Source: Armatimonadota bacterium
GTDB lineage: Bacteria > Armatimonadota > HRBIN16
Length of the DNA: 64,000 bases
Assembly: GCA_963677485.1 (NCBI GenBank)
Contig: OY781964.1
Location: 384,001-448,000, forward strand
Direction: 5' to 3'
Each line of letters opens with the position of its first letter. Position 1 is the stretch's first letter. Below, in pieces: positions 1-9,067 of this stretch. Both the position numbers and the translations under genes were made by a program. The notes below the pieces were generated by a model, which saw only the letters and a list, made by a program, of their open reading frames with translations, was not told the DNA's origin and did no database searches.

Positions 1-411
1 GTTTGGAGCAGGCACATTGCATTGCCCCATATCGTTCTTACCCCAGCACACAACCGTGCCGTTGCCCTTCAACCCCACAGTGTGGTTCCATCCGGCAGCA
101 ATGGCGGTAAACCCTTGATTTGGCAGGGGCACATCACACTGACCGTCTGCGTTGTTACCCCAGGCAACCACAGTATGATTGTGCTTCAAGCCCACTGTAT
201 GAGTTGATCCTGCGGCTATGGCCATAAAGCCTGTCAGGTCACCTGGGACTATGCGATAAGAACCCCATGAGTCTATGGTTCCACTCCTTGGCCCAAGGGC
301 AATATTGAACGATCGCCCTGAAGCGAAAGATGTAGAACCGCAAATTACCAGTAACAGCAATGACAGCCACCATACTCTTTGAGTTGAAAGAAGTGCTTTC
401 GTAAGTCTCAC
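1..411 (-). CDS. RCC1/BLIP-II repeat secreted protein, 5' part (runs off the left edge)
   Basis: Not in the ORF track; translated by hand from GTG at 411 (GGAGG upstream). Hydrophobic signal (WWLSLLLLVICGSTSFA) followed by repeats FMAIAAGSTHTVGLKHNHTVVAWGNNADGQCDVP and FTAIAAGWNHTVGLKGNGTVVCWGKNDMGQCNVP, the RCC1-like pattern. Confidence 0.85.
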   Translation of the reverse strand, partial: MRLTKALLSTQRVWWLSLLLLVICGSTSFASGRSFNIALGPRSGTIDSWGSYRIVPGDLTGFMAIAAGSTHTVGLKHNHTVVAWGNNADGQCDVPLPNQGFTAIAAGWNHTVGLKGNGTVVCWGKNDMGQCNVPAPN

Positions 412-531
412 GGTATTGCCTCCCGGTTTCCTAGTAGTTCAAAATCTGTCACCAAAGTGTGGTGTGTCATTTGTCGTCGTCGGGTTCGTGCGTTTCCAGA
501 CATGAGCAATCTGTGGTCATGCGCCGATCTC

Positions 532-730
532 TCACTCGCCCCTGGCGCCGAAGCTTTGGTCGATCACTACGTAGTCAAACAGGTTCACCTGGCCATCGCC
601 GTTGACAAATGAGTAGACCGCAGTCTGATTCGGTATAACATTCGAAGCTTTGGCAGTAAGGAAGTGGGTGCAGGCCAGGGTGGTGCTCCATGGTGAGCGT
701 AGGTCAGTAGACAGTTGAAAACCAGCCAAA
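532..730 (-). pseudogene. Remnant of a secreted-protein C-terminus with a degenerate dockerin-like motif
   Basis: Frame ends VNGDGQVNLFDYVVIDQSFGARGE (dockerin/EF-hand-like). No credible start or N-terminal domain upstream. Confidence 0.5.
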
Positions 731-1217
731 GGTTCAGGCTGTAGACTGAGACAATCAGACACGGTAGGGTCTGACTGCATGGCGACGCCGGCTGTGTTTT
801 TCAAGCGATGACCTCTAGATATCTGTATTCAACTATCCATACCGCCGGTATTCTGGCTTTGGTATTACATGATATTGATGTTATAGGGTGATCGCCTTCA
901 AAAGGAGGGCAGGCTACTAGGATAGCCGTTGACAATATAGAACGTAATGGTTGAGCATATCAACTTGATTCGCTTGAACAAATTCAGCCGACTAAATAAC
1001 TGTGATGCTGTTACTAGTAGTAATAATACCAGTAATTCCGATATGCTTTGTCAGCTTTATGTACCCATTGTACCCTGTTCTATCTACAGGTCAAGTACCG
1101 CGTAGACAAATAACACAGATGCGCACGATTGTTATATAAAAACAAACAGCCACCTCAATCAGCCAATTGGTTCGCTGATTGAGGTGGCTGTCAATGGTAT
1201 CCAAACCGAAGCAGTAT

Positions 1218-2369
1218 CTACCGCTTCTGCGTGCGTCTCCGCTTGCGGAAAGCCCCTGGAGTGGCTCCAGTGCTCTTCTGGAACACCTTGGTGAAATAGC
1301 TCTGGTCGTTGAATCCGCTCTGGAAGCAGATGTCACTCAAGCTCTTGTCCGTCAGTGCCAGCATCTCCTTCGCCTTGTCGATGCGCATCTTCACCAACAT
1401 CTCAGTAAATGTGCGGCCGAACGCCTGTTTCAATGCACGGCTGAAATGCGTAGGTGACAGGCAGGCGATCTTCGCGGCGTCATCGCGGCTGATATCTTCC
1501 TGCATGTGCTCCTGCATCCACTTCACGGCGGCGCCCAGCATCACGCTGACCGGGTAGCGCTGCGAGGTGCCGATGGCATCCATAATCCGCTCCAGCATCT
1601 GAACCAGCCAGCGACAGATCGCCTCTTCACCTTCCAGCGAAGCCAAATCGCCGAAGGTGCTGTAGTTCACGCCCAGAAGCTCCACAGGGTCGGCGCCCGC
1701 TTCCACTGCGCTGCGGCTCATCATCACCACCAGTTCCAGCAGAAAGCTCTTCAGCACAGCCGGGCGGTTTCGCCCTACGTAATAAATGCCAACCAGCACA
1801 CGGTTGAGAATTTCACGCGCCGCTTTGCGGTCGCTCTGCTTGATGGCACTGATGAGTGAAGGCTCTTCGGCAAAGTATATTTCGCGGATACTGCGGAACC
1901 CGCTGGTCTTATGTTCAATGATCGCCTCGGCCCTCTCCGATTCGCGCAGGGCAGACATCCGGTGCATCTCCAGAAATGAGCTGTTGGTAATATTGTATTG
2001 TTCGCACATCGCCATCATGTCCAACGCCGCTTCATGCAGCCGCCTGTTAGCCCAGTCGGTTTCTGGCACACTCGCCATCAGCCCTCCTATCACCTTCTGG
2101 TTATACATCACAGGCACAGTCCATATGATGTTGCCTTCCATGCATAACTGTGAAAACGGCTCACCCCACCTGGCGGCCTCATCAATGGACTGGCGGCGCA
2201 AAGGTGTGCATTTTTCGCAGTAAACGCAATCTGAATGGCATTCATCGCCGCAGCGCACCAGTTCACCCATAGCGTCTAACACGACGCATTCAATCTGCCA
2301 CTTTTGGTTGTACACGCGACAGACTTCTGAGGCAACTGACAAGACCTGATCCTGTTTGATAGTAATCAT
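1218..2369 (-). CDS. AraC-family transcriptional regulator with N-terminal PocR-type ligand-binding domain
   Basis: C-terminal AraC double HTH (LSPTHFSRALK...GFNDQSYFTKVFQKSTGATPGAFR). N-terminal Cys-containing PocR-like region (C..C...GEPF..LC.EG...VPV). Start at ATG 2369 behind AAGGAG. Confidence 0.88.
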   Translation of the reverse strand: MITIKQDQVLSVASEVCRVYNQKWQIECVVLDAMGELVRCGDECHSDCVYCEKCTPLRRQSIDEAARWGEPFSQLCMEGNIIWTVPVMYNQKVIGGLMASVPETDWANRRLHEAALDMMAMCEQYNITNSSFLEMHRMSALRESERAEAIIEHKTSGFRSIREIYFAEEPSLISAIKQSDRKAAREILNRVLVGIYYVGRNRPAVLKSFLLELVVMMSRSAVEAGADPVELLGVNYSTFGDLASLEGEEAICRWLVQMLERIMDAIGTSQRYPVSVMLGAAVKWMQEHMQEDISRDDAAKIACLSPTHFSRALKQAFGRTFTEMLVKMRIDKAKEMLALTDKSLSDICFQSGFNDQSYFTKVFQKSTGATPGAFRKRRRTQKR

Positions 2370-2525
2370 GACCGAACACGCTCCTTGAGTGCGACTATTA
2401 CCAGAATGTAGGCACAGATATCCGACATGGCAGTACGATTTTACCATGTTTCGCATATTAAAAGCATCATAATATAGTTAGAAAGACATGAATTCAACAC
2501 CTGTTACACATGGAGATGACATAAA

Positions 2526-3887
2526 ATGACCGGAAAAGAGATACTTCTGAAAGCGCTCCACAATGAGGAGACGCCAAGAACACCATGGCTGCCATTCGTG
2601 GGATCACACGGCGGAAGCCTGATTGGTGAAACAGCCCATGAATATCTTACATCGGCAGACAAGCTGGTGTCAGGTCTGAGCAAGGCAATTGAGCTATATA
2701 GGCCGGATGGCTTACCTATTATATTTGACTTGCAACTGGAAGCAGAGATTTTGGGATGCGACATCGTATGGTCACAAGATGGCCCACCGTCCGTCGTCTC
2801 CCATCCGCTAGAGAAGGGTGAGCTGGCTGACCTTCCCGAATTCGACCTAAGCAAAGGCCGTTTCCCAATCATCGCGGAAGCCACCCGCAGGATGCGTGAG
2901 AAGGTCGGTGAGGATATCGCTCTGTATGGCCTCATCACCGGACCCTTCACCCTGGCACTGCACTTGATGGGCACCAACATCTTCATGGAGATGTATGACG
3001 AGCCCGAAAAAGTAGCGGAAGTGCTGGAGTTTTGCACCGAAGTCGGCAAGAAAGTGGCGGAGTTCTACCTCGCCAACGGCTGCGATGTCATCGCGGTGGT
3101 CGACCCTATGACCAGCCAGATTTCGCCCGTTCACTTCCAGGAGTATGTCGCACCTTACATGAATGCGATCTTCGATGATGTTCGCTCGAAAGGTGGTTAC
3201 AGCAGCATCTTTGTGTGCGGTAACGCCACCCGAAACCTTGAAGTGATGTCGCAAACACACTGTGACAACATCAGCGTAGACGAAAACATCGACATGAGTT
3301 ACCTGCGTGGGATCGCCGAAAAACACAACAAGTCGTTTGGCGGCAACCTGAAGCTGACGTTGGTTCTTCTTTTGGGCCAACCCAATGATGCCAAGCTGGA
3401 CACCATCCGATGCATGGACACCTGCGGTCAGAAGGGCTTCATCCTGGCCCCAGGGTGCGATATCCCATATGCCACACCGTCTGCCAACCTGCAGGCTGTG
3501 GCCGAGATGGTTCACAATGACTACGCCCGCAACACAGCCCGGGCAACCCTGATCGCACCAGCAATGAGTGCCTTTGAGGATATCAAACTACCAGACTACA
3601 GCCACGAGAAAGATACTATTCTGGACCTGATCACCCTGGACTCCTCCACATGCGCGCCATGCCAGTATATGGTGGCCGCGGCCAAAAAAGCCACGAGGGG
3701 CATGAAGGGTGTGGTGGTGCGTGAGCACAAGGTCACAACCCATGAGGGTATCGGCTACATGGTGAAACTGGGTGTGGCGAACATCCCCACGATATGTATC
3801 GATGGAGAGGCCAAATACATCTCCATCATCCCGACCCCAGGGGAGCTGCGAGCATCGATCGAACTGGCCAAAACGGCTAAAGGGTAG
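2526..3887 (+). CDS. Uroporphyrinogen decarboxylase/MtaA-like TIM-barrel protein fused to a C-terminal thioredoxin-like domain
   Basis: URO-D family motifs (LEAEILGC, GPFTLA, DP..SQISP, FILAPGCDIP) plus a C-terminal CxxC domain (STCAPCQYM...IPTICIDGE). Confidence 0.85.
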   Translation: MTGKEILLKALHNEETPRTPWLPFVGSHGGSLIGETAHEYLTSADKLVSGLSKAIELYRPDGLPIIFDLQLEAEILGCDIVWSQDGPPSVVSHPLEKGELADLPEFDLSKGRFPIIAEATRRMREKVGEDIALYGLITGPFTLALHLMGTNIFMEMYDEPEKVAEVLEFCTEVGKKVAEFYLANGCDVIAVVDPMTSQISPVHFQEYVAPYMNAIFDDVRSKGGYSSIFVCGNATRNLEVMSQTHCDNISVDENIDMSYLRGIAEKHNKSFGGNLKLTLVLLLGQPNDAKLDTIRCMDTCGQKGFILAPGCDIPYATPSANLQAVAEMVHNDYARNTARATLIAPAMSAFEDIKLPDYSHEKDTILDLITLDSSTCAPCQYMVAAAKKATRGMKGVVVREHKVTTHEGIGYMVKLGVANIPTICIDGEAKYISIIPTPGELRASIELAKTAKG

Positions 3888-3892
3888 TTGCG

Positions 3893-4798
3893 ATGATACC
3901 AATTGTGCTCATCACAGGGTTTCTGGGCAGCGGTAAAACCACGCTGCTCAAGAACATCATGCGCCAGAACAGCAACCGCAAGGTGGTCTACCTGGTAAAT
4001 GAGTTCTCAGCCCTTGATGTGGATGGGCAGCTAGCGTCTACCGGGAGTGACGACGTCGTCGCCATTCCCGGTGGCTCCATCTTCTGTAAATGCCTGGTGA
4101 CCACCTTTATGTATCACCTCAACCGTCTGCCCTCCGAATATGGCAGCCCCGAATCGCCGGTTGATGCTGTGGTGGTCGAAGCCAGCGGGATCAGCGATCC
4201 TGCAGTGATACAGTCCATGCTTAAAGAGACGAAGCTTGATGCCACATACCGCCTAGGCTCAGTGATCGCAGTGGTAGATCCCAACACCTATCCCAAGCTC
4301 GTGCATACCCTGCCCAATATCATCAACCAAATCAAATCGGCTGATACCATCATCATGAACAAGTCCGATATGTACACCTCCAAGCAGATTGATACGGCGG
4401 TAGAACTCGTACGCGAAAGCAACCCAACCGCCAGCCTGGTAGTGACACAGATGGCTGAGGTTGAGGTGGACATCATGCGCACAGTCACCGAACGAGAGAT
4501 CCATGGCGACTATGCTAAATGCGCCGACCCCAACTTCTGCAGTTTTGCGTTCATCCCCTCTGCGAAGCTGACTTCTGAAAAACTGCAAAAAGCCGTAACC
4601 GGGTTGGGCGAGGCGCTCTACCGGTTAAAAGGTGTCATTACGGTAGACGGGCAGCTTCTGTATATTGACTTCAGCACGCATGGCTGGAGCGAGCCGGTAG
4701 TGGTCAACGGACTGACACCTTCCCTGGCCATCATTGGCCGAGGTAAAGACAGGCATCGCATTGACTCATGGATAGCCGTCCACCAGCTCCGAGCCTGA
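3893..4798 (+). CDS. CobW/COG0523-family metal-chaperone GTPase
   Basis: ITGFLGSGKTT Walker A, VNEF, GSIFCKC (variant of GCxCC), VEASG, NKSD, C-terminal RLKG. Confidence 0.9.
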   Translation: MIPIVLITGFLGSGKTTLLKNIMRQNSNRKVVYLVNEFSALDVDGQLASTGSDDVVAIPGGSIFCKCLVTTFMYHLNRLPSEYGSPESPVDAVVVEASGISDPAVIQSMLKETKLDATYRLGSVIAVVDPNTYPKLVHTLPNIINQIKSADTIIMNKSDMYTSKQIDTAVELVRESNPTASLVVTQMAEVEVDIMRTVTEREIHGDYAKCADPNFCSFAFIPSAKLTSEKLQKAVTGLGEALYRLKGVITVDGQLLYIDFSTHGWSEPVVVNGLTPSLAIIGRGKDRHRIDSWIAVHQLRA

Positions 4799-4888
4799 TC
4801 GGTCCACCCTCGTACGTCCTAATCTGCAGTAATATCAGCACATTTTGCCTGTATTGATTCAATACTTGCGATAGGGTGCCCCATAAAA

Positions 4889-4917
4889 GGTAACATCAGA
4901 ACAGGCTATCTCGTCTA
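4889..4917 (+). promoter_or_regulatory. Putative ECF sigma-factor promoter for the DUF4139 pair
   Basis: GGTAAC-N17-CGTCTA about 60 nt upstream of ATG 4980, matching the generic ECF AAC/CGT pattern. Confidence 0.4.
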
Positions 4918-4979
4918 CCCTATACAGAGAACAAAGATGAGGCGGCCTTAACTGCCTTGTCCAGGAGGACACCTGACTG

Positions 4980-6437
4980 ATGAAACACCTATTCGTTGCC
5001 ATATGTGCAACAGCCATATCTGCCAGCTCAATGGCACAAATTGTAAGTACACCCGACCAAACATCCGGCGTTGCCATGACTGTTTATAATGGTGGTTTTG
5101 CGGTAGTACGCGAAAACCGGACACTCGACCTCAAGATGGGAATGAACGCTCTTCGCTTTGAAGGAGTGGCTCAGAGGATTGACCCCACCAGCATCAGCAT
5201 CAAATCCATCACCGCCCCTGCTGAATTAGCGGTGCGCGAGCAAAACTACCAATATGATCTTCTAAACCCCACCAGCATCCTCAGTAAGAGCATGGGTCAG
5301 ACAATCCGCATCAAGCAAATGAACCCCAAAGGTTCCACCACGATTCTAGAAGGCAAACTGATGAACCCGCCGGTGGCGGTCGTAGCGAACACCGACGCAG
5401 GTGGTGGTGGCAACACCTACCAGGGACTGGTGCTGCAGAAATCGGACGGCACCCTGGTGTTGAACCCCGCAGGCGAAGTGATGATCGACGCACTCCCTTC
5501 TGGTCTGGTGAGCCAACCCAGCCTGTTATGGCTTCTCGATGTGGGTAAAGCGGGCAAGCACAACACTGAAGTCAGTTACATGACCGAAGGGATCACCTGG
5601 AAGGCCGATTATGTGGCTGTGGTAAACAAGGACGAAAATGCCCTGGACCTCACCGGTTGGGTCACCATTGACAACCGCAGCGGGGCCACCTACAAAGATG
5701 CCAACCTGCAGTTGATGGCTGGCGATGTCCGCCGAGTGCAGGATCAGAACGTTGCATACGCACCTCGTTCATCATCGATGCGAACTATGGCAGCACCCAG
5801 CGGCGGCTTCCAGGAGCAGAGTTTCTTCGAGTATCACCTCTACACGCTCGACGGTCAGACTACCGTCGCTCAGAATGAAACTAAGCAGATGAACCTGCTT
5901 TCGGCGAACAACGTCAAGACCAACCGACGGCTGATCTTCGATGCCACCAAGCGCAGCCAACGTCCTGGCCAGGGCGGCAGCACCGGCGAAGGAAAACTGG
6001 CCATCATGCTGGAAATCAAGAACGACAAGGCCAGCAACATGGGTATGCCCCTACCAAAGGGCAAAGTGCGCGTTTACAAAGCAGACAACAACGGTGCGCT
6101 GCAGTTCATTGGCGAAGACCTGATCGACCACACACCCAAAGATGAGATGGTGCGCTGTTACATCGGCGACGCCTTTGACGTGGTGGGCACCCGCACTCAG
6201 ACCAACATGAAGCAGATATCTGACCGTGTGCAAGAAGCCAGTTACTCGGTGAATATCCGAAACCGCAAGGATGTGGCTGTAGATGCCACCGTAGTGGAGC
6301 GGTTCTACAACGACTGGGAAATCATCGAAAAAAGCCAGGATTTCAAAAAGATCGATTCCCGAACCGCTGAGTTCCCTGTCAGCATCCCCGCCGGTAAAGA
6401 GGTGACCGTCACCTACACCGTGCGTACGAACTGGTAG
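4980..6437 (+). CDS. DUF4139/DUF4140-family secreted protein, copy 1
   Basis: Signal peptide; motifs TVYN.GFAVVRE, EQNYQYDL, WKADY, NRSG..Y.DA.LQL.AGD, EYHLY, PLPKGKVRVY, F.GED.IDHTP. Confidence 0.88.
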   Translation: MKHLFVAICATAISASSMAQIVSTPDQTSGVAMTVYNGGFAVVRENRTLDLKMGMNALRFEGVAQRIDPTSISIKSITAPAELAVREQNYQYDLLNPTSILSKSMGQTIRIKQMNPKGSTTILEGKLMNPPVAVVANTDAGGGGNTYQGLVLQKSDGTLVLNPAGEVMIDALPSGLVSQPSLLWLLDVGKAGKHNTEVSYMTEGITWKADYVAVVNKDENALDLTGWVTIDNRSGATYKDANLQLMAGDVRRVQDQNVAYAPRSSSMRTMAAPSGGFQEQSFFEYHLYTLDGQTTVAQNETKQMNLLSANNVKTNRRLIFDATKRSQRPGQGGSTGEGKLAIMLEIKNDKASNMGMPLPKGKVRVYKADNNGALQFIGEDLIDHTPKDEMVRCYIGDAFDVVGTRTQTNMKQISDRVQEASYSVNIRNRKDVAVDATVVERFYNDWEIIEKSQDFKKIDSRTAEFPVSIPAGKEVTVTYTVRTNW

Positions 6438-6479
6438 CCAGAATATCACAGCGGCTTAAAACAAGGAGAATATACAACA

Positions 6480-7940
6480 ATGAATAAACCACTGATCGCA
6501 TTAGCGACCTTCGCCATCTCGGTTTCCGCAATGGCACAGATAGTCAGCACACCAGAACAAACTAAAGGTGTGGCAATGACAGTCTATAATGGCGGTTTTG
6601 CCGTCGTGCGCGAAAACCGCGTGCTTGATCTCAAGAAAGGTGTCAACAGCCTGCGTTATGAAGGCGTAGCGGAACGCATCGACCCTACCAGCATCAGTAT
6701 CAAGTCGGTGACAGCCCCTACCGGACTCACCGTGCGCGAGCAGAACTATCAATATGATCTGCTTAACCCCACCAGCATCCTAAATAAGAGCGTGGGCCAA
6801 AATATCCGAATCAAGCAGATGGGTCCTACCGGTGCCATCACTATGCTGGAGGGTAAGCTGCTCAATCCGCCGGTAGCCGTCGTGGCGAATACCGACGCAG
6901 GCGGGGGTGGCAACACCTACCAGGGCTTGGTGCTGCAAACCAAAGATGGCAAGCTCGTGCTTAATCCGGTGGGTGAAGTGATGATCAACTCCCTTCCTGA
7001 CGGTTTAGTGAGCCGACCTAGTCTGATGTGGCTGTTGGATGTCAGTAAAGAGGGCAAACACAACACTGAAGTCAGCTACATGACCGAAGGTATTACCTGG
7101 AAAGCCGACTACGTGGCTGTGGTGAATAAGGACGAAAACGCACTGGACCTCACCGGCTGGGTGACCATTGACAACCGCAGCGGAGCCACCTACAAGGACG
7201 CCAACCTGCAGCTCATGGCCGGCGATGTGCGCCGTGTTCAAGAGAACCAGAACTACATGATGGACGAAATGACCATGGTGAAAACTGCAGGCGGGATGGG
7301 TGGAGGCGGCTTCCAGGAGCAGAGCTTCTTCGAATATCACCTGTATACGCTGGATGGCCAGACCACAGTGGCGCAGAACGAAACCAAGCAGATGAATCTG
7401 CTTTCGGCGAACAACGTCAAAACCAACCGACGGCTGATCTTCGATGCTACCAAGATAAACCGGCGCCCTGGTCAGGGCGGCAGCACCGGCGAAGGCAAGC
7501 TGGCTATCATGCTGGAAATCAAGAACGACAAGGCCAGCAACATGGGCATGCCCCTTCCCAAAGGCAAGGTGCGCGTCTACAAAGCCGACAACAATGGTGC
7601 TCTGCAGTTCATTGGCGAGGACCTGATCGACCACACACCCAAAGACGAGATGGTACGCTGCTATATCGGCGATGCCTTCGATGTGGTCGGCACCCGCACT
7701 CAGACCAACATGAAACAGATATCTGACCGTGTGCAAGAAACCAGCTATGAAGTGAACATCCGCAACCGCAAAGAAACAGCGGTCGATGCCACCATCGTAG
7801 AGCGGCTCTGGGGCACATGGGACGTGATCGCCAAGAGTCAGGATTTCAAAAAGATAGACGCCAGCACGATAGAGTTCCCCGTCAGCATCCCTGCTGGCAA
7901 GGAGATCACCGTCAGCTACACCGTGCGCACAAGCTGGTAG
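6480..7940 (+). CDS. DUF4139/DUF4140-family secreted protein, copy 2 (tandem paralogue)
   Basis: Same motifs; long protein stretches identical to copy 1. Confidence 0.88.
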   Translation: MNKPLIALATFAISVSAMAQIVSTPEQTKGVAMTVYNGGFAVVRENRVLDLKKGVNSLRYEGVAERIDPTSISIKSVTAPTGLTVREQNYQYDLLNPTSILNKSVGQNIRIKQMGPTGAITMLEGKLLNPPVAVVANTDAGGGGNTYQGLVLQTKDGKLVLNPVGEVMINSLPDGLVSRPSLMWLLDVSKEGKHNTEVSYMTEGITWKADYVAVVNKDENALDLTGWVTIDNRSGATYKDANLQLMAGDVRRVQENQNYMMDEMTMVKTAGGMGGGGFQEQSFFEYHLYTLDGQTTVAQNETKQMNLLSANNVKTNRRLIFDATKINRRPGQGGSTGEGKLAIMLEIKNDKASNMGMPLPKGKVRVYKADNNGALQFIGEDLIDHTPKDEMVRCYIGDAFDVVGTRTQTNMKQISDRVQETSYEVNIRNRKETAVDATIVERLWGTWDVIAKSQDFKKIDASTIEFPVSIPAGKEITVSYTVRTSW

Positions 7941-7962
7941 AGACCGGCTACTGAGCTTCAAA

Positions 7963-7999
7963 CACCCGGGCAGGGGGTTTCCTCTGCCCGGGTGATTTT
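7963..7999 (+). terminator. Intrinsic terminator after the DUF4139 pair (possibly bidirectional)
   Basis: CACCCGGGCAG...CTGCCCGGGTG followed by ATTTT, between convergent genes. Confidence 0.75.
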
Positions 8000-8459
8000 A
8001 TGAGGGTATTGCACGCTTCAATATCGCAGCGACGATGCCGTATTCATCACCCTCTAAAAGACCAAGCTCATTGTGTGTGATGTCAATCCCTTTGCCAAGT
8101 TTACTAGTCCATTTGCCATCGGGTAGTTGCCTTGCCATATGTGTGGGGATGTTACCATCGGCATAAATTGCCACTTTTTCATATCCTGACTCCAGGCCCG
8201 CTTCACCACATAATTCATACCCTAGAGCTCCGAACGCTTTACAGAAATTCGCTACAGTGGTAGACCTGATTGAGATAGGCCAATAACTAAAAAGGCCCAA
8301 GCCATCTGCTTTCGAAGGCCACCAGTTCAAACTCTGTTCACCTGCAGCCCATGCCACACAGTTATATAACGGACTTGCGGCACTAGTAAGCTGGCAGTTC
8401 TCGGCGTTTAGCTTAGGAAACACGGACTGCAACGTCACCCATTCAGAATCCACAGCCAA
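7998..8459 (-). CDS. Small papain-fold-like hypothetical protein (resembles DUF7689)
   Basis: YNCVAWA, WWP, EKVAIY, THMARQ..DGKWTSKLG give a Cys...His arrangement. TTG start directly follows the upstream stop. Confidence 0.7.
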   Translation of the reverse strand: MAVDSEWVTLQSVFPKLNAENCQLTSAASPLYNCVAWAAGEQSLNWWPSKADGLGLFSYWPISIRSTTVANFCKAFGALGYELCGEAGLESGYEKVAIYADGNIPTHMARQLPDGKWTSKLGKGIDITHNELGLLEGDEYGIVAAILKRAIPS

Positions 8460-8825
8460 CTAATACCAGCCTCTGCTGCCAGCATAGGTCAGCCAGGTAT
8501 CGCGCATCTTTAACATGTCACCAGCGTCTTCGTCTTTTACAGGATTTTCACCAGTGATCATACTTAATGCATAAAACCAGTGGTCCACTTCAGTCTGCAG
8601 CTCTTTGAAAATCAATGGTAACGCAGCAGGGCCCATGCCAATAATCATGACATAACAGGGATGGCTCACAATCTTATCAATGGATGACATGTAGCGAGTT
8701 TCACGTTTCCATCGTTTCGTACACCGGCGAAATCTCGCAACAAGCTGCGAATTCCCCTCTCGATAACCTAATGGTAGCTGCGTTTGTGTAGGTATAACGA
8801 CCACGGGAGCATTGTCGTCTGTCAT
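8460..8825 (-). CDS. Conserved small helical hypothetical protein, partner of the downstream gene
   Basis: ATG 8825 behind GGAGGAG; W..ET...SS....HP.Y..IIGMG...PLI..EL....HWF.AL..ITGENPV pattern. Confidence 0.75.
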   Translation of the reverse strand: MTDDNAPVVVIPTQTQLPLGYREGNSQLVARFRRCTKRWKRETRYMSSIDKIVSHPCYVMIIGMGPAALPLIFKELQTEVDHWFYALSMITGENPVKDEDAGDMLKMRDTWLTYAGSRGWY

Positions 8826-9067
8826 CCTTGTCTCCTCCTGGTAATAACGGAGAGAACACCAAGCCAATGCAGGGCGTCTGTCTTATTATGGAATTATATC
8901 ATGAATCAAGTCAACGACGTATGAACCGTAACACACGATATTGCTGCCAAAGATGCCATCACACGTGTTTGTCACCCTACAGATGTGCTATATTCTAACA
9001 AATAGGCAAGTGTAGCTATAGGCCACACGCAGTCACTATATCCATCTTACGAACAAGGACTACTTAC

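Noticed and set aside
1002-1018. 17 nt exact inverted match to 24381-24397 (ACTAGTAACAGCATCAC)
   Set aside because: One match of this length is roughly expected by chance in 64 kb, and there is no convincing flanking similarity.
4980-7940. Assembly duplication or diversity-generating retroelement repeats
   Set aside because: The copies differ by many synonymous changes that are not adenine-specific, and no reverse transcriptase is present. This is an ordinary tandem paralogy.
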